Below are positions 28,314 to 37,348 of a stretch of 64,000 bases of DNA, one piece after another. Position numbers and translations under genes: made by a program. How positions within the stretch are numbered: position 1 is the stretch's first letter; every line of letters begins with the position of its first letter. The stretch covers positions 64,001 through 128,000 of the IMG/VR virus record IMGVR_UViG_3300045988_120820; one strand, written 5' to 3'. The notes beneath the pieces were generated by a model. It was given only the letters and a program-made list of their open reading frames with translations, did not search any database and was not told where the DNA came from. The stretch is from a virus.

Positions 28314-28623
28314 CGAATTGTTATTAACGTTAAGTTTTTTATCTTAACCTCTGGAAGTTTCCTTCATTTTCATCGATTGGTCATTTCCAATCCAGTCTGG
28401 CGTACATATTCCATCTCATATAAGACAGTCGGAGACTCTTGGAGGAATTATATTCTATTTAAATAGTTTCATCCTCTACGCTCTACATTATTGAATAAGT
28501 TTTAATTTATTCAATTAACTCGGTATTAACTTATCTTTATTAATTATTTTTAAGACTTAGTCTTTCTTACCATATGTATTACTACATATATGACCGAATT
28601 TCCCCGAACCGGCAATATTATTT
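28314..28623 (-). mobile_element. group-I-like intron TMP-I1 (divergent family B, 310 nt, ORF-less)
   Basis: A P1-like pairing CGGU|AAAUAAUAUU-GCCG is present. The 3' end AAUAACAAUUCG parallels GAUAACAAAUCG and GAUAACAAACCG of the other family B members. GNRA hairpin GAAG-GAAA-CUUC. Confidence 0.65.
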
Positions 28624-30654
28624 ACCGTCTTTAGCACTTGTTTTCCAACCTGCCATATTTTGCATGATTGTTTTTAAACCATTACCTAATTTACTTGCAT
28701 TTTGTAATGGTTCTTGCCCTGCAATTATAATAGCAACCAACTCTTGCATACTAACACCTAATGTTTTCGCAACAGAAGATGAACGCATCATTGCTTCAGA
28801 TACGTCTTTACCTGTAACAGCATAGTTGTTGTTTGCATAGTTGACCATATCCATCATTTGCATCATTTTGGTAGTTTCTTTGGTGTTACCTTTGACTTTC
28901 ATTGTGACTTTATCTAATGAGTTTGCAACACCACCATAAGATGCTAATGTTGATTTCAAGTATTTATCTGCATCTGCTTGGCTTGTATCTATAACGTTGG
29001 CAAACATAGATGCATTTTTAGCATATTGTAAAGCTTTACTAACATTATGGAAACCAGATTGTAATGCCTCGGCAGTGGAATCAATTATATCAATACTACT
29101 TCTGGCAACCTCTTGACCTGCCTCACTTGCTTTTTGAGTTAACCAATCTAATTGCTTGGCTGTTCCTGTAAAGGTGTCTGGTGCAACTTTTAATAATTTT
29201 TTAATAGCCGTATCTGTATCAATAATAGTACTAGGAATTGAAGATATACCTTGAGTGATAAGTCTACCAATCATATTTGGTATTGAATACATTGATAACA
29301 TAGAGGCTAAATTACTGAAAAATCCAGACGTTTTCTTGGTTGCATTTCCTAATATATTCATTGCTTGAGTTGCACTTCTAGCACCATTAGCAACTCCGTT
29401 TATACCATTTCCGTTAATATTAGATAGACTACTAGAAAAAGTACTTACGTCTTTAGTCAGTGCTTTTAACTCTGCGTCTCTATCTTTTAAATTACTTATA
29501 CTAGCTATAGTTTGTAGTCTTTGTTTAAATTCTTCTACCTTAGATGATGAAGCTCCTAATTCTTGACATCTTCTTGTTAAGTTTGTTAAATCTTGAGATA
29601 CTTTATTAAAATCTGCATCAAATTTTACATTAGCTCTTTTAGTAGAAATTTCACTTTCAAATTGTTTATATTTATTTTCACATTGTGCTATTTTATCTTT
29701 TAAACCATCAAATTCAGCTTTAGCACCTTCTGTATTAGGGTCTATATTTCGTAATTTTGATTGATATTGTTCTATTTGAGTTATTAGTTCTTGTATTCCA
29801 GATGTATTAGCAAATTTACTCGTTCCTAATTCAGCAAGTTTAGCTTTAAGAGATTCTAACTTAGCAACAGATGTATTTATCTTATCGGTGAATGTAATTG
29901 AACCATTCAATCCTTTTAATGACACCGACACATTACTAATCTCTGCATTTAAATTATGTATTTGTTCATATGCCTTGTCAGATTTTAATATTTGACTTAA
30001 ATCAGCACCTTTAACATTATTGATTTTATTTTGAAGTTCTTGAAGTTGTCCCATCTGTGAACTTGTTAAGTTTTTATTTTTGAACATATTATTAATTTGT
30101 TCAGAGGTATTATTAGCCTTTTGTTGAATTTTATCAAATGAACTTATTAAATCTCTACTTATATCTATATTAGATTTATTTTTTAAGTTGTCCATTTTTT
30201 GTGCAGTAGATTGCATCTCACTGTTAATTTTTGATAACTTAGATTCTAACTCGTTATAAGCTTGAGTATTTATAGTTTTAGACATTTGTTTTTGAAGTGA
30301 TTCTGATTGTTTTTGTAAAACTTTATATTTAGCTATAGTATTATCTAATTCTTTATTACCTGTAGAAGTCTTAGTAGAACCACTGCCAAATAAATTTTTT
30401 TGCACGTCTTTACTTAAAGAATTTATTTCTTTTAAAGTGTTTTGTATTTGTTTAAGATTGTTTAATTGGTCATCTTTAAGTTTAAAGGCATTGTTTAGTA
30501 CTTTTTGAAGTTCTTCCATTTGAGCTTTCATTTTAGTAGTATCAAATTTTAGATTAACTTCTTTTTTCTCTAGCTTTTCCTTCAACTTAGCAACTTCTTG
30601 CTCTGCACCACTTCCATCTACAGAAGTTTTTAACCTAATAGTTAAATCTGCCAT
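28624..30654 (-). CDS. tape measure protein, exon 1 (N-terminal 677 aa)
   Basis: Coiled-coil N-terminus, then ..GVSMQELVAIIIAGQEPLQNASKLGNGLKTIMQNMAGWKTSAKDG, the start of the TP901-type TMP core. A stop follows one codon after the proposed GGU splice donor. Confidence 0.8.
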
Positions 30655-30675
30655 ATATTATCCTCACCTACCTTT

Positions 30676-31119
30676 CTATATAACATCCAATCCTTGCCCA
30701 ATCAAATATCGTTTTAATTCTTCTGGTATTTGTTGAGCTATTTTAACTTGTGAATCTGGTATAATCGTTGTTGGAGGATAATAAGCAACCGTAGAATCAC
30801 TTTTAAAACTCCAAACTTTACCTGCTTCCCAACCTATAATTGGAAAGAAATGTTCTCCCGTTTTTACACTTGTCCAATCCCCATTATCTTGAAATTCTAC
30901 TACAGCACAATTCATATCAATACTTGATATCTGTGCTATTTCTCCCATTTGCCCTGTACGTTCATATACAGATGGTTCATGGTCGGCATATATTTGTTCA
31001 TTTACTTCTTGTTGCATTATATCTACCATTTTATTCGCCATAGGTGTCATAGCCGTAGAAACAACGGATTTAATATAATTGACTGCACTTTCAATATCAT
31101 TTACAACCAAATTAATCAC
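30676..31119 (-). CDS. second tail-chaperone-position ORF (possible T part of G/GT, or an independent protein)
   Basis: 147 aa immediately upstream of the TMP. It overlaps the end of 31112-31576 and is in its +1 frame. An alternative TTG start at 31110 has a GGTGAT SD. Confidence 0.55.
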   Translation of the reverse strand: MINLVVNDIESAVNYIKSVVSTAMTPMANKMVDIMQQEVNEQIYADHEPSVYERTGQMGEIAQISSIDMNCAVVEFQDNGDWTSVKTGEHFFPIIGWEAGKVWSFKSDSTVAYYPPTTIIPDSQVKIAQQIPEELKRYLIGQGLDVI

Positions 31120-31576
31120 CTTTTTTCATTTCTTTTATTTCCTCTTCTAATTTCTCACATTGTTTATTTAATATTTCTAATTTTTCGGCTTCTAATAATA
31201 TTCTTTTACTTAAAGTTAACGAAGTCATATTTGCTAATAGGTTTTGTTTTTCTAACATGGCTTCTATAACAATTTCACTTACTATTTCATCTACATCTTG
31301 TGCAATAAACATTAATTCTTTTTTACCTTTATTTATTGATTCTATTAAATCTTCGTCTAATTCTAAATCCGTAGCTAATTCAAATGCTTCTTTATATATA
31401 AGTTCCATTAATGCTTTTTCTTCTAATCCTTGTTCTAGTCCTTTAGATATTTTTTCTTTTAATTCGTTTCTATTCTTACCAAATATATTATAAACTAAAA
31501 CAGTTTCTATTTCGTCATTTACTTCCACGTCATATGAACTTCTAATCATATCTAATGTTAAATCACTTAATTTCAT
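31112..31576 (-). CDS. tail assembly chaperone (gpG-like)
   Basis: 154 aa, acidic and helical, in the canonical position upstream of the TMP. An A6G run lies 8 nt before its stop. Confidence 0.6.
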   Translation of the reverse strand: MKLSDLTLDMIRSSYDVEVNDEIETVLVYNIFGKNRNELKEKISKGLEQGLEEKALMELIYKEAFELATDLELDEDLIESINKGKKELMFIAQDVDEIVSEIVIEAMLEKQNLLANMTSLTLSKRILLEAEKLEILNKQCEKLEEEIKEMKKGD

Positions 31577-31714
31577 TTCTTAATCTCCCTTCTTTATTAA
31601 TTATTTTAATACATCTTCTCCTATTTCACACATTATACAAATAGTAATTAGAGTTATAACACAACTGGCTTTGTGTACGATTATATTATATGATTATTTT
31701 AAATTTATATTCAC

Positions 31715-31735
31715 AATATTTTTAAATTGCGAACT
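31715..31735. repeat. 21-nt conserved intergenic motif, copy 1
   Basis: aatatttttaaattgcgaact is identical to 35624-35644. Confidence 0.85.
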
Positions 31736-31753
31736 TAATGGATATTAAACGAA

Positions 31754-31882
31754 CTATTCAACTATTAATTCTTCACATCCGCTTTCTATTAATATTTGTT
31801 TAACTTGCTCCTTTAACTTTGTAGGTACTTTTTTATAAGTTAATTTACCTTGTATTATTCTATAAGCTAAAAATTCAGCCAT
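31754..31882 (-). CDS. XkdX-like small phage protein (42 aa), below the ORF-track cutoff
   Basis: Hand translation MAEFLAYRIIQGKLTYKKVPTKLKEQVKQILIESGCEELIVE. GAAGGAGGTG SD upstream. This gene type normally closes a tail-fibre module. Confidence 0.55.
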   Translation of the reverse strand: MAEFLAYRIIQGKLTYKKVPTKLKEQVKQILIESGCEELIVE

Positions 31883-31883
31883 A

Positions 31884-32069
31884 TTATTCACCTCCTTCTA
31901 AAGTTAACATAATCAAATCTTGTATTGCCTGTGCTTGTCTTTCTTGTTCTTCTTGCATTAAATCAAGTTGAGATTTAGGCTGTTCAATTGTATTTTCCTG
32001 AAGTTCTTTAAAAAAAATCAATTCTTCTGTTGTCATTTCACGTATTATACCATTTTCATATATTTTCAT
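31884..32069 (-). CDS. hypothetical small protein (61 aa from MKIYENG)
   Basis: AGGTGG SD precedes the internal ATG at 32069. The track's longer start overlaps the upstream gene. Confidence 0.5.
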   Translation of the reverse strand: MKIYENGIIREMTTEELIFFKELQENTIEQPKSQLDLMQEEQERQAQAIQDLIMLTLEGGE

Positions 32070-32077
32070 TTTACCAC

Positions 32078-32725
32078 CTATCTTCCATAAACCCAAAATT
32101 CTAAATTATTAATAGCAGTATTAAAAACTAAAAATAATTTATCTACTTTTTTTACATTACAAGACCCAGGTTTCCAAACATTTGAAACCAAATCACTACC
32201 AAAGCTTACATTTAAAACATATGTGGATGCATTACCCATATATCTTGTAGCATGAACTGTATCAGCACCAATTGTTATATTATATCTTATATATTTTTCT
32301 CTTGTCGTATCACCAAAACTATTATCTGACATTAACATATCACTATTATCAGTCAAAGTACCCCTCAATAATTTAAATGTTTTCTTTTCACTTAATTTTG
32401 GTACTTTAAAAAATACCATAACTTCATTATATAAAAAAGAGTTGCCTTTATCATTTTGAGTTAATGACACAGTAGTTACATCTGCTGACAACACGTCATG
32501 TTTAACTAACTCCCAATCTTGTAATGTAAAACGATTATTTAAAACATTTAATTGAGAATTTATATTGGTTATATTTCCAGTTATATCAGTTATTTTATCA
32601 TTCATATTTGATATATTTTTTCTTAAATAATTTCCATCTTCACATAATACATTATTATCTGTACTAAAAAAAGATATATTTTTTTTTGATTGTTTATCTC
32701 TAAACATTTTTTTTAAAAAGTCCAT
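32078..32725 (-). CDS. fibre-type protein with conserved N-terminal anchor motif
   Basis: 215 aa. ISFFSTDNNVLCEDGNYLRKNISNMNDKI parallels ISFWSTDDNVLCKDSKTLRENLNNKADK of 10296-11642. Confidence 0.6.
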   Translation of the reverse strand: MDFLKKMFRDKQSKKNISFFSTDNNVLCEDGNYLRKNISNMNDKITDITGNITNINSQLNVLNNRFTLQDWELVKHDVLSADVTTVSLTQNDKGNSFLYNEVMVFFKVPKLSEKKTFKLLRGTLTDNSDMLMSDNSFGDTTREKYIRYNITIGADTVHATRYMGNASTYVLNVSFGSDLVSNVWKPGSCNVKKVDKLFLVFNTAINNLEFWVYGR

Positions 32726-32729
32726 TTTA

Positions 32730-34322
32730 TCACATCCATTTTTTATTTAATAAATTTTTATAATTTGTAATAAATATCTCAGCATTAGTTTTTTCTTCAC
32801 CATCGTTTGCATGATAATGAGTAACAGGTTTATCATTATTATTATTAACTTTATTTATTGTAGAATTGATACTAGCTATATTGCATCTTACACCATTAAT
32901 ATTTATTGAATTTATATATGAATTTATAATTGTAGGGAAATGTATATTATTATGAAAAACAGCAGATTGCAATATACAATTTACACCAGTCCATCCTTGA
33001 ACGCCATGATATATTGAATTTCCTAAAATGAAAGAATTAGATATCACGCTATTAATGCAACTATTCCATGCATCTTCCATATCTAATGACCAATCATATT
33101 TCCATCCATTATTTGGTTGAATTATTTTATTTATATGTAAATCTTGATTCCCACCAACTACATTAACAATCCCCGTTGCTGAAGAAATACAATTTATATT
33201 TTCTATGATACAATCTTTGTTCAAATTGCAAGGAAATATTCTCATAATACATACATCATCTCTAGGCTGTTTATTTTTAGGTTCTTTTTCTTGATAAATG
33301 CCTAGCTTATAATATGTAGCGTTTATAGGATATTGATACTCTCTATAGTATTGACAATCTTCTAATAATTCTATAAAATTACCTTCTGCGTCATAAAAAG
33401 CAATATTATACAATCTGACGTTTGTTGGAATCCATGCATTAGAACATCCTACAACAAAAGTATTATTATCACATATAGGTAATTCAGAATATTCATTCAT
33501 ACACCAACATTTATTATTTGCAATTAACTTTCCTGTTATTTTATCTATGTATCCATTATAATTATTTTTATCAGACCATCTACCATGTGCTATTGTAGGT
33601 TTTATTGTTACATAATCCATATCAGAATAAATAAGAAAATTAAAACCGCATACATTTTTAAATTGTATATTTTTAATTATAGAATTTTCAGCATTTGCTA
33701 ATTCGACAGTAAAACAATTATCACTATATTCATCTTTTTTACCATACATATCGTTTGAACCGTAAATTTTTACGTTAATTAAACCACTATAATCAGAATC
33801 TATTTTAAATCCTTTGTAATGAATGGGCGTTTTTATAGTTGTTCCATCTTCTTCATATTCAACTTGTTCTGCGTGAGATATATTTATTGTTGAAAAATTA
33901 AAATCAATTATAGTTCCTTTTGGAATTGGATAACTCTCATTAGTCAATTCAAAATTATAAATATCTTTTGGAATTGAAATATAAGAATCTTCTCCACATT
34001 GAGTAACAAATGATTTAAAATCTTCCCATGATGTTGGTGTATATTCATAATATTCTCTATTAATATTATTAAAAGGATTTTTTATAGCTTTTATAGTCTT
34101 ACTATCTGTATTACCATATTGGTCTATACAATTTATAGTGAAATTACCTTCATCTTTAATATAAATTGTATCATGAATAAGCACAACATTTTCATCATTA
34201 CAAGTATACTTACACCAATATTGCAAAGGAGTATAGAATCTAGGATATGCTATTATTTTATACCATCTACCAACAATCATCTTATCAGCACAACAAATCT
34301 TACACTTATTTTGTATCGTCAT
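32730..34322 (-). CDS. beta-helix-type tailspike/depolymerase-like protein (paralogue of 35643-37280)
   Basis: 530 aa. LYNIAFYDAEGNFIELLEDCQYYREYQYPINATYYKLGIYQEKEP aligns with IYNIYFYDENKTFISKLKNCIQHEFYERPSGSAYCKIDFYQDYLP. Confidence 0.55.
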   Translation of the reverse strand: MTIQNKCKICCADKMIVGRWYKIIAYPRFYTPLQYWCKYTCNDENVVLIHDTIYIKDEGNFTINCIDQYGNTDSKTIKAIKNPFNNINREYYEYTPTSWEDFKSFVTQCGEDSYISIPKDIYNFELTNESYPIPKGTIIDFNFSTINISHAEQVEYEEDGTTIKTPIHYKGFKIDSDYSGLINVKIYGSNDMYGKKDEYSDNCFTVELANAENSIIKNIQFKNVCGFNFLIYSDMDYVTIKPTIAHGRWSDKNNYNGYIDKITGKLIANNKCWCMNEYSELPICDNNTFVVGCSNAWIPTNVRLYNIAFYDAEGNFIELLEDCQYYREYQYPINATYYKLGIYQEKEPKNKQPRDDVCIMRIFPCNLNKDCIIENINCISSATGIVNVVGGNQDLHINKIIQPNNGWKYDWSLDMEDAWNSCINSVISNSFILGNSIYHGVQGWTGVNCILQSAVFHNNIHFPTIINSYINSININGVRCNIASINSTINKVNNNNDKPVTHYHANDGEEKTNAEIFITNYKNLLNKKWM

Positions 34323-35475
34323 AATTAATCACTCCACTTTGAGAAAGATTGCATATTCCATTTTGATAATTACGTTCTGTTATATCTATATTTCCTTCGT
34401 CATAAGCTATTATATTTCCCTCTTCATCATATGCTAATGGTGAACCGCACCCTTTTGTTCCTTGTAATAAAGCTGTCGCATTTACAGTTTCATTTATAGT
34501 ACACTCTTCTGAACTAACCTCTTCAAATATATTATCTCCACTACTTGAAGATGTAGGTAAATCAGTTCCTTCATCTAATTTAGTTCCATCTGCTTTTGCT
34601 AAATATATTTTATTTCCTTCAATAATAGTTTTTTTCGCAATCTCTTTAAGTTGCGAATTAACCTCATTTATTGCAGGTATTATTTTTTTATTTGTAGTAG
34701 TTAATGTATCATGTGAAATATCATCTATGCCATTAAATGAAACATCATCTTTATCAAGTTCAATTTGATTCTCTTGTACTTCCTTTATTTTATTATTTAC
34801 CTCATTTATCCCACCAGTAATTGTTTTTTCGTCGGTATTTAAAAATTCATCATTTTTCTTTTGATAATTCGTTAAATCTACAGTTCCTCCACCGATTCCA
34901 GAATTAACATCTTCTCTTAATTGATTTATCGCACCTACTATAGTTTTGTTATCGCCAACTAAATTTTCATCTCGTTTCATCTGAATTTCATTTTTACTTA
35001 TTCCATCAGTTATTTCTTTAACATCTTTTATTAATTTTTCTAATATAGGGAGGTTTTTATCATTTTTTATTTTTTTATTTAACTTAGCAGTAATATTTGG
35101 TCTAACTACATAATCAAATTCTTCAGATGTAAAACATTTTAATTCATTTTCTATTGTTCCAGAAACTCTTATTTCACATTCATAAGTTCCAATTATATCA
35201 AAATAATCTGTAGTTAAATCAACTTGATATAATAAATCTTCTTTAGATATTAATGTTGCGTCTAAAGGTTTGAATTCATCTGTCTCTGGTTTTAATACTG
35301 CAAGTTTAACTATTAAATCATCTGGTATGGTTTTATCTTCATCAGTACAAATTAATTTTATAAAAATATTACATATATTTAAATCTGTATTATAGAAAAA
35401 TATAGTTTTATCGGATTTAACTTTTGTATTTTTTAAATCTACGGTAATTAAATAATCTTTATCTATATTAATCAT
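34306..35475 (-). CDS. fibre/baseplate protein with BppU-like N-terminus
   Basis: 389 aa. N-terminus YLITVDLKNTKVKSDKTIFFYNTDLNICNIFIKL, followed by a coiled-coil middle. Confidence 0.55.
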   Translation of the reverse strand: MINIDKDYLITVDLKNTKVKSDKTIFFYNTDLNICNIFIKLICTDEDKTIPDDLIVKLAVLKPETDEFKPLDATLISKEDLLYQVDLTTDYFDIIGTYECEIRVSGTIENELKCFTSEEFDYVVRPNITAKLNKKIKNDKNLPILEKLIKDVKEITDGISKNEIQMKRDENLVGDNKTIVGAINQLREDVNSGIGGGTVDLTNYQKKNDEFLNTDEKTITGGINEVNNKIKEVQENQIELDKDDVSFNGIDDISHDTLTTTNKKIIPAINEVNSQLKEIAKKTIIEGNKIYLAKADGTKLDEGTDLPTSSSSGDNIFEEVSSEECTINETVNATALLQGTKGCGSPLAYDEEGNIIAYDEGNIDITERNYQNGICNLSQSGVINYDDTK

Positions 35476-35494
35476 TTAATCATCCTCCTTTTTG

Positions 35495-35526
35495 TATATT
35501 TTAAAAGGGTTATATAACATAACCCT
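35495..35526 (-). terminator. intrinsic terminator-like hairpin upstream of 34306-35475
   Basis: AGGGTTA (35506-35512) pairs with TAACCCT (35520-35526). A TTTTAAAATA tail follows on the minus strand. Confidence 0.45.
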
Positions 35527-35623
35527 CTAATTTACATTTTTCTTTCTATATAAGTGTAAGCGATATGTATTTTTAGAAACATACATTACTATTTATTGTG
35601 TGTATTAATGTGTGAGTGTTCGT

Positions 35624-35644
35624 AATATTTTTAAATTGCGAACT
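35624..35644. repeat. 21-nt conserved motif, copy 2 (overlaps the stop of 35643-37280)
   Basis: aatatttttaaattgcgaact is identical to 31715-31735. Confidence 0.85.
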
Positions 35645-37280
35645 AAATTTCTATATTACTAAAATTCCAAATGGTATTATCTCCATATGTTGTTCCTATG
35701 TTAAAAGGTATTCCTTTAATATAACTGTTATATGCTACAACTGCATCAGTTTTTGCACTAAACCCAAGTTTAACAAGATTTGAATCATTTGAAGTCCAAT
35801 TATTTTTAAATATTCTATAGTTCTCGCTATTAACTCTAAAATCTAAAATTGTATCTCGAAATTCATTATTATGTAATACTATATTTCTACTATTTACTGA
35901 TATAACAAAACTAACCCCATCATTATTATTAATAAATCTTGAATTTCTAACGATATGTCCATGCATATAATGAGAATTATCTTCCCAATCTATTTGAGCC
36001 GAAGGGTCGTAATAACCACAATTTATGAAATCGCAATCATCAATTAAAACATTTGTTCCACCTTGTGGTGAAAGACCAGTAGACATAGCTTCTTTAAATT
36101 TACATTTTTTAAAAGTAATATTTTTTAATTCTTCAATTGCTAAAATATGAACAACTCCACCAAAATCGGGGTCTGCTTCCGTAGGAAGATAGTCTTGATA
36201 AAAATCTATTTTACAATAAGCAGAACCAGAAGGTCTTTCATAAAATTCATGTTGTATGCAATTTTTTAATTTGCTAATAAAAGTTTTGTTTTCATCATAA
36301 AAATAAATATTGTATATTCTACTTGTGACATATGGATATCCTAAACCTCCTTGAACATTCCCGACACTAAATTTTAAAGTAATATCTTTAATTTTATTAA
36401 GGGAGTCTAAAGATAAAAAATCTTTTGTTCTAAATCTTGTTGAAATATCTTTATTTTCACCAAAATCATTTATTCCACCAATTTCTATATTATTCAATTT
36501 TAATGAAACTATGGTTTCTCTATGTTGTCTTTGCATTAATCCAACATTAAATCCAGGAGCATAATTAAATTCACAATTTTCAATAAGTATATTATCACCA
36601 CCACAAATATCTAAAGTTTCTTCTGCTTCAATATGATAATTTTTATCCGTCATATAGTTTTCCCCATAAAACTTACCATTTAAGATTGTTAAATTTTTAG
36701 TACAATAAATTTTAAACATATGATATGCGTATTTATTTCCAGGATTTACATGATTGTAATTTTTAATATCAATTGTTTTTCTTAATTCTAATTGTATTAT
36801 AGAATTATTCCAATCAACTATCATATTACTTGGATATTCTATAGTACCTACATCTCCTTGAACATTATATGTTCCAGTAGGGAATATTATTTTATTATAA
36901 TTATTTTCTGATGCATATTTAAAAAGATTGATAATACTTTGTGTGTTAGTTGTACCACTATCCTTTGCGCCAGTATTGTCTAATCCATATGTTTCTAAGT
37001 CTACATTTAATATTTTTAAATCATCAGAATTTATATTAGAACGTTCTATTACTTTTACTTCCATTTGTTTTGAAATATTTTGTCCTACATATTTTACAGT
37101 TATAATAGCAGTTCCAATATTATTGGCACGAAGTACTCCAAATTGACATGATATAACAGAATTATTAGATGATGTTATAGAAACACTATTATTATCACCC
37201 CTCATATCCCATCTAAAAGGATGTTCTGATTCGTCTTGCAATCCTATTGCCCATAAAACATATTCATCACCAATATACAT
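35643..37280 (-). CDS. tailspike-like protein: Big_2-like N-domain + pectate-lyase-type beta-helix (putative polysaccharide depolymerase)
   Basis: ITSSNNSVISCQFGVLRANNIGTAIITVKYVG is Big_2-like. LETYGLDNTGAKDSGTTNTQSIINLFKYASENNYNKIIFPTGTYNV resembles beta-helix glycanase N-caps. The frame stays open 27 codons upstream of the ATG. Confidence 0.65.
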   Translation of the reverse strand: MYIGDEYVLWAIGLQDESEHPFRWDMRGDNNSVSITSSNNSVISCQFGVLRANNIGTAIITVKYVGQNISKQMEVKVIERSNINSDDLKILNVDLETYGLDNTGAKDSGTTNTQSIINLFKYASENNYNKIIFPTGTYNVQGDVGTIEYPSNMIVDWNNSIIQLELRKTIDIKNYNHVNPGNKYAYHMFKIYCTKNLTILNGKFYGENYMTDKNYHIEAEETLDICGGDNILIENCEFNYAPGFNVGLMQRQHRETIVSLKLNNIEIGGINDFGENKDISTRFRTKDFLSLDSLNKIKDITLKFSVGNVQGGLGYPYVTSRIYNIYFYDENKTFISKLKNCIQHEFYERPSGSAYCKIDFYQDYLPTEADPDFGGVVHILAIEELKNITFKKCKFKEAMSTGLSPQGGTNVLIDDCDFINCGYYDPSAQIDWEDNSHYMHGHIVRNSRFINNNDGVSFVISVNSRNIVLHNNEFRDTILDFRVNSENYRIFKNNWTSNDSNLVKLGFSAKTDAVVAYNSYIKGIPFNIGTTYGDNTIWNFSNIEI

Positions 37281-37348
37281 TTGAGATATAGGGTTAACTA
37301 TTACTATTTCATTAATATTTCTATTCTGTTTTTTTGCTAATTCTGCTT

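Noticed and set aside
31108-31126. A canonical -1 programmed frameshift on AAAAAAG for the G/GT chaperones.
   Set aside because: A -1 slip reads AGG UGA and terminates. The downstream ORF is in the +1/-2 frame, so only a non-canonical event or independent initiation is possible. It is kept as a low-confidence finding, not as a feature.
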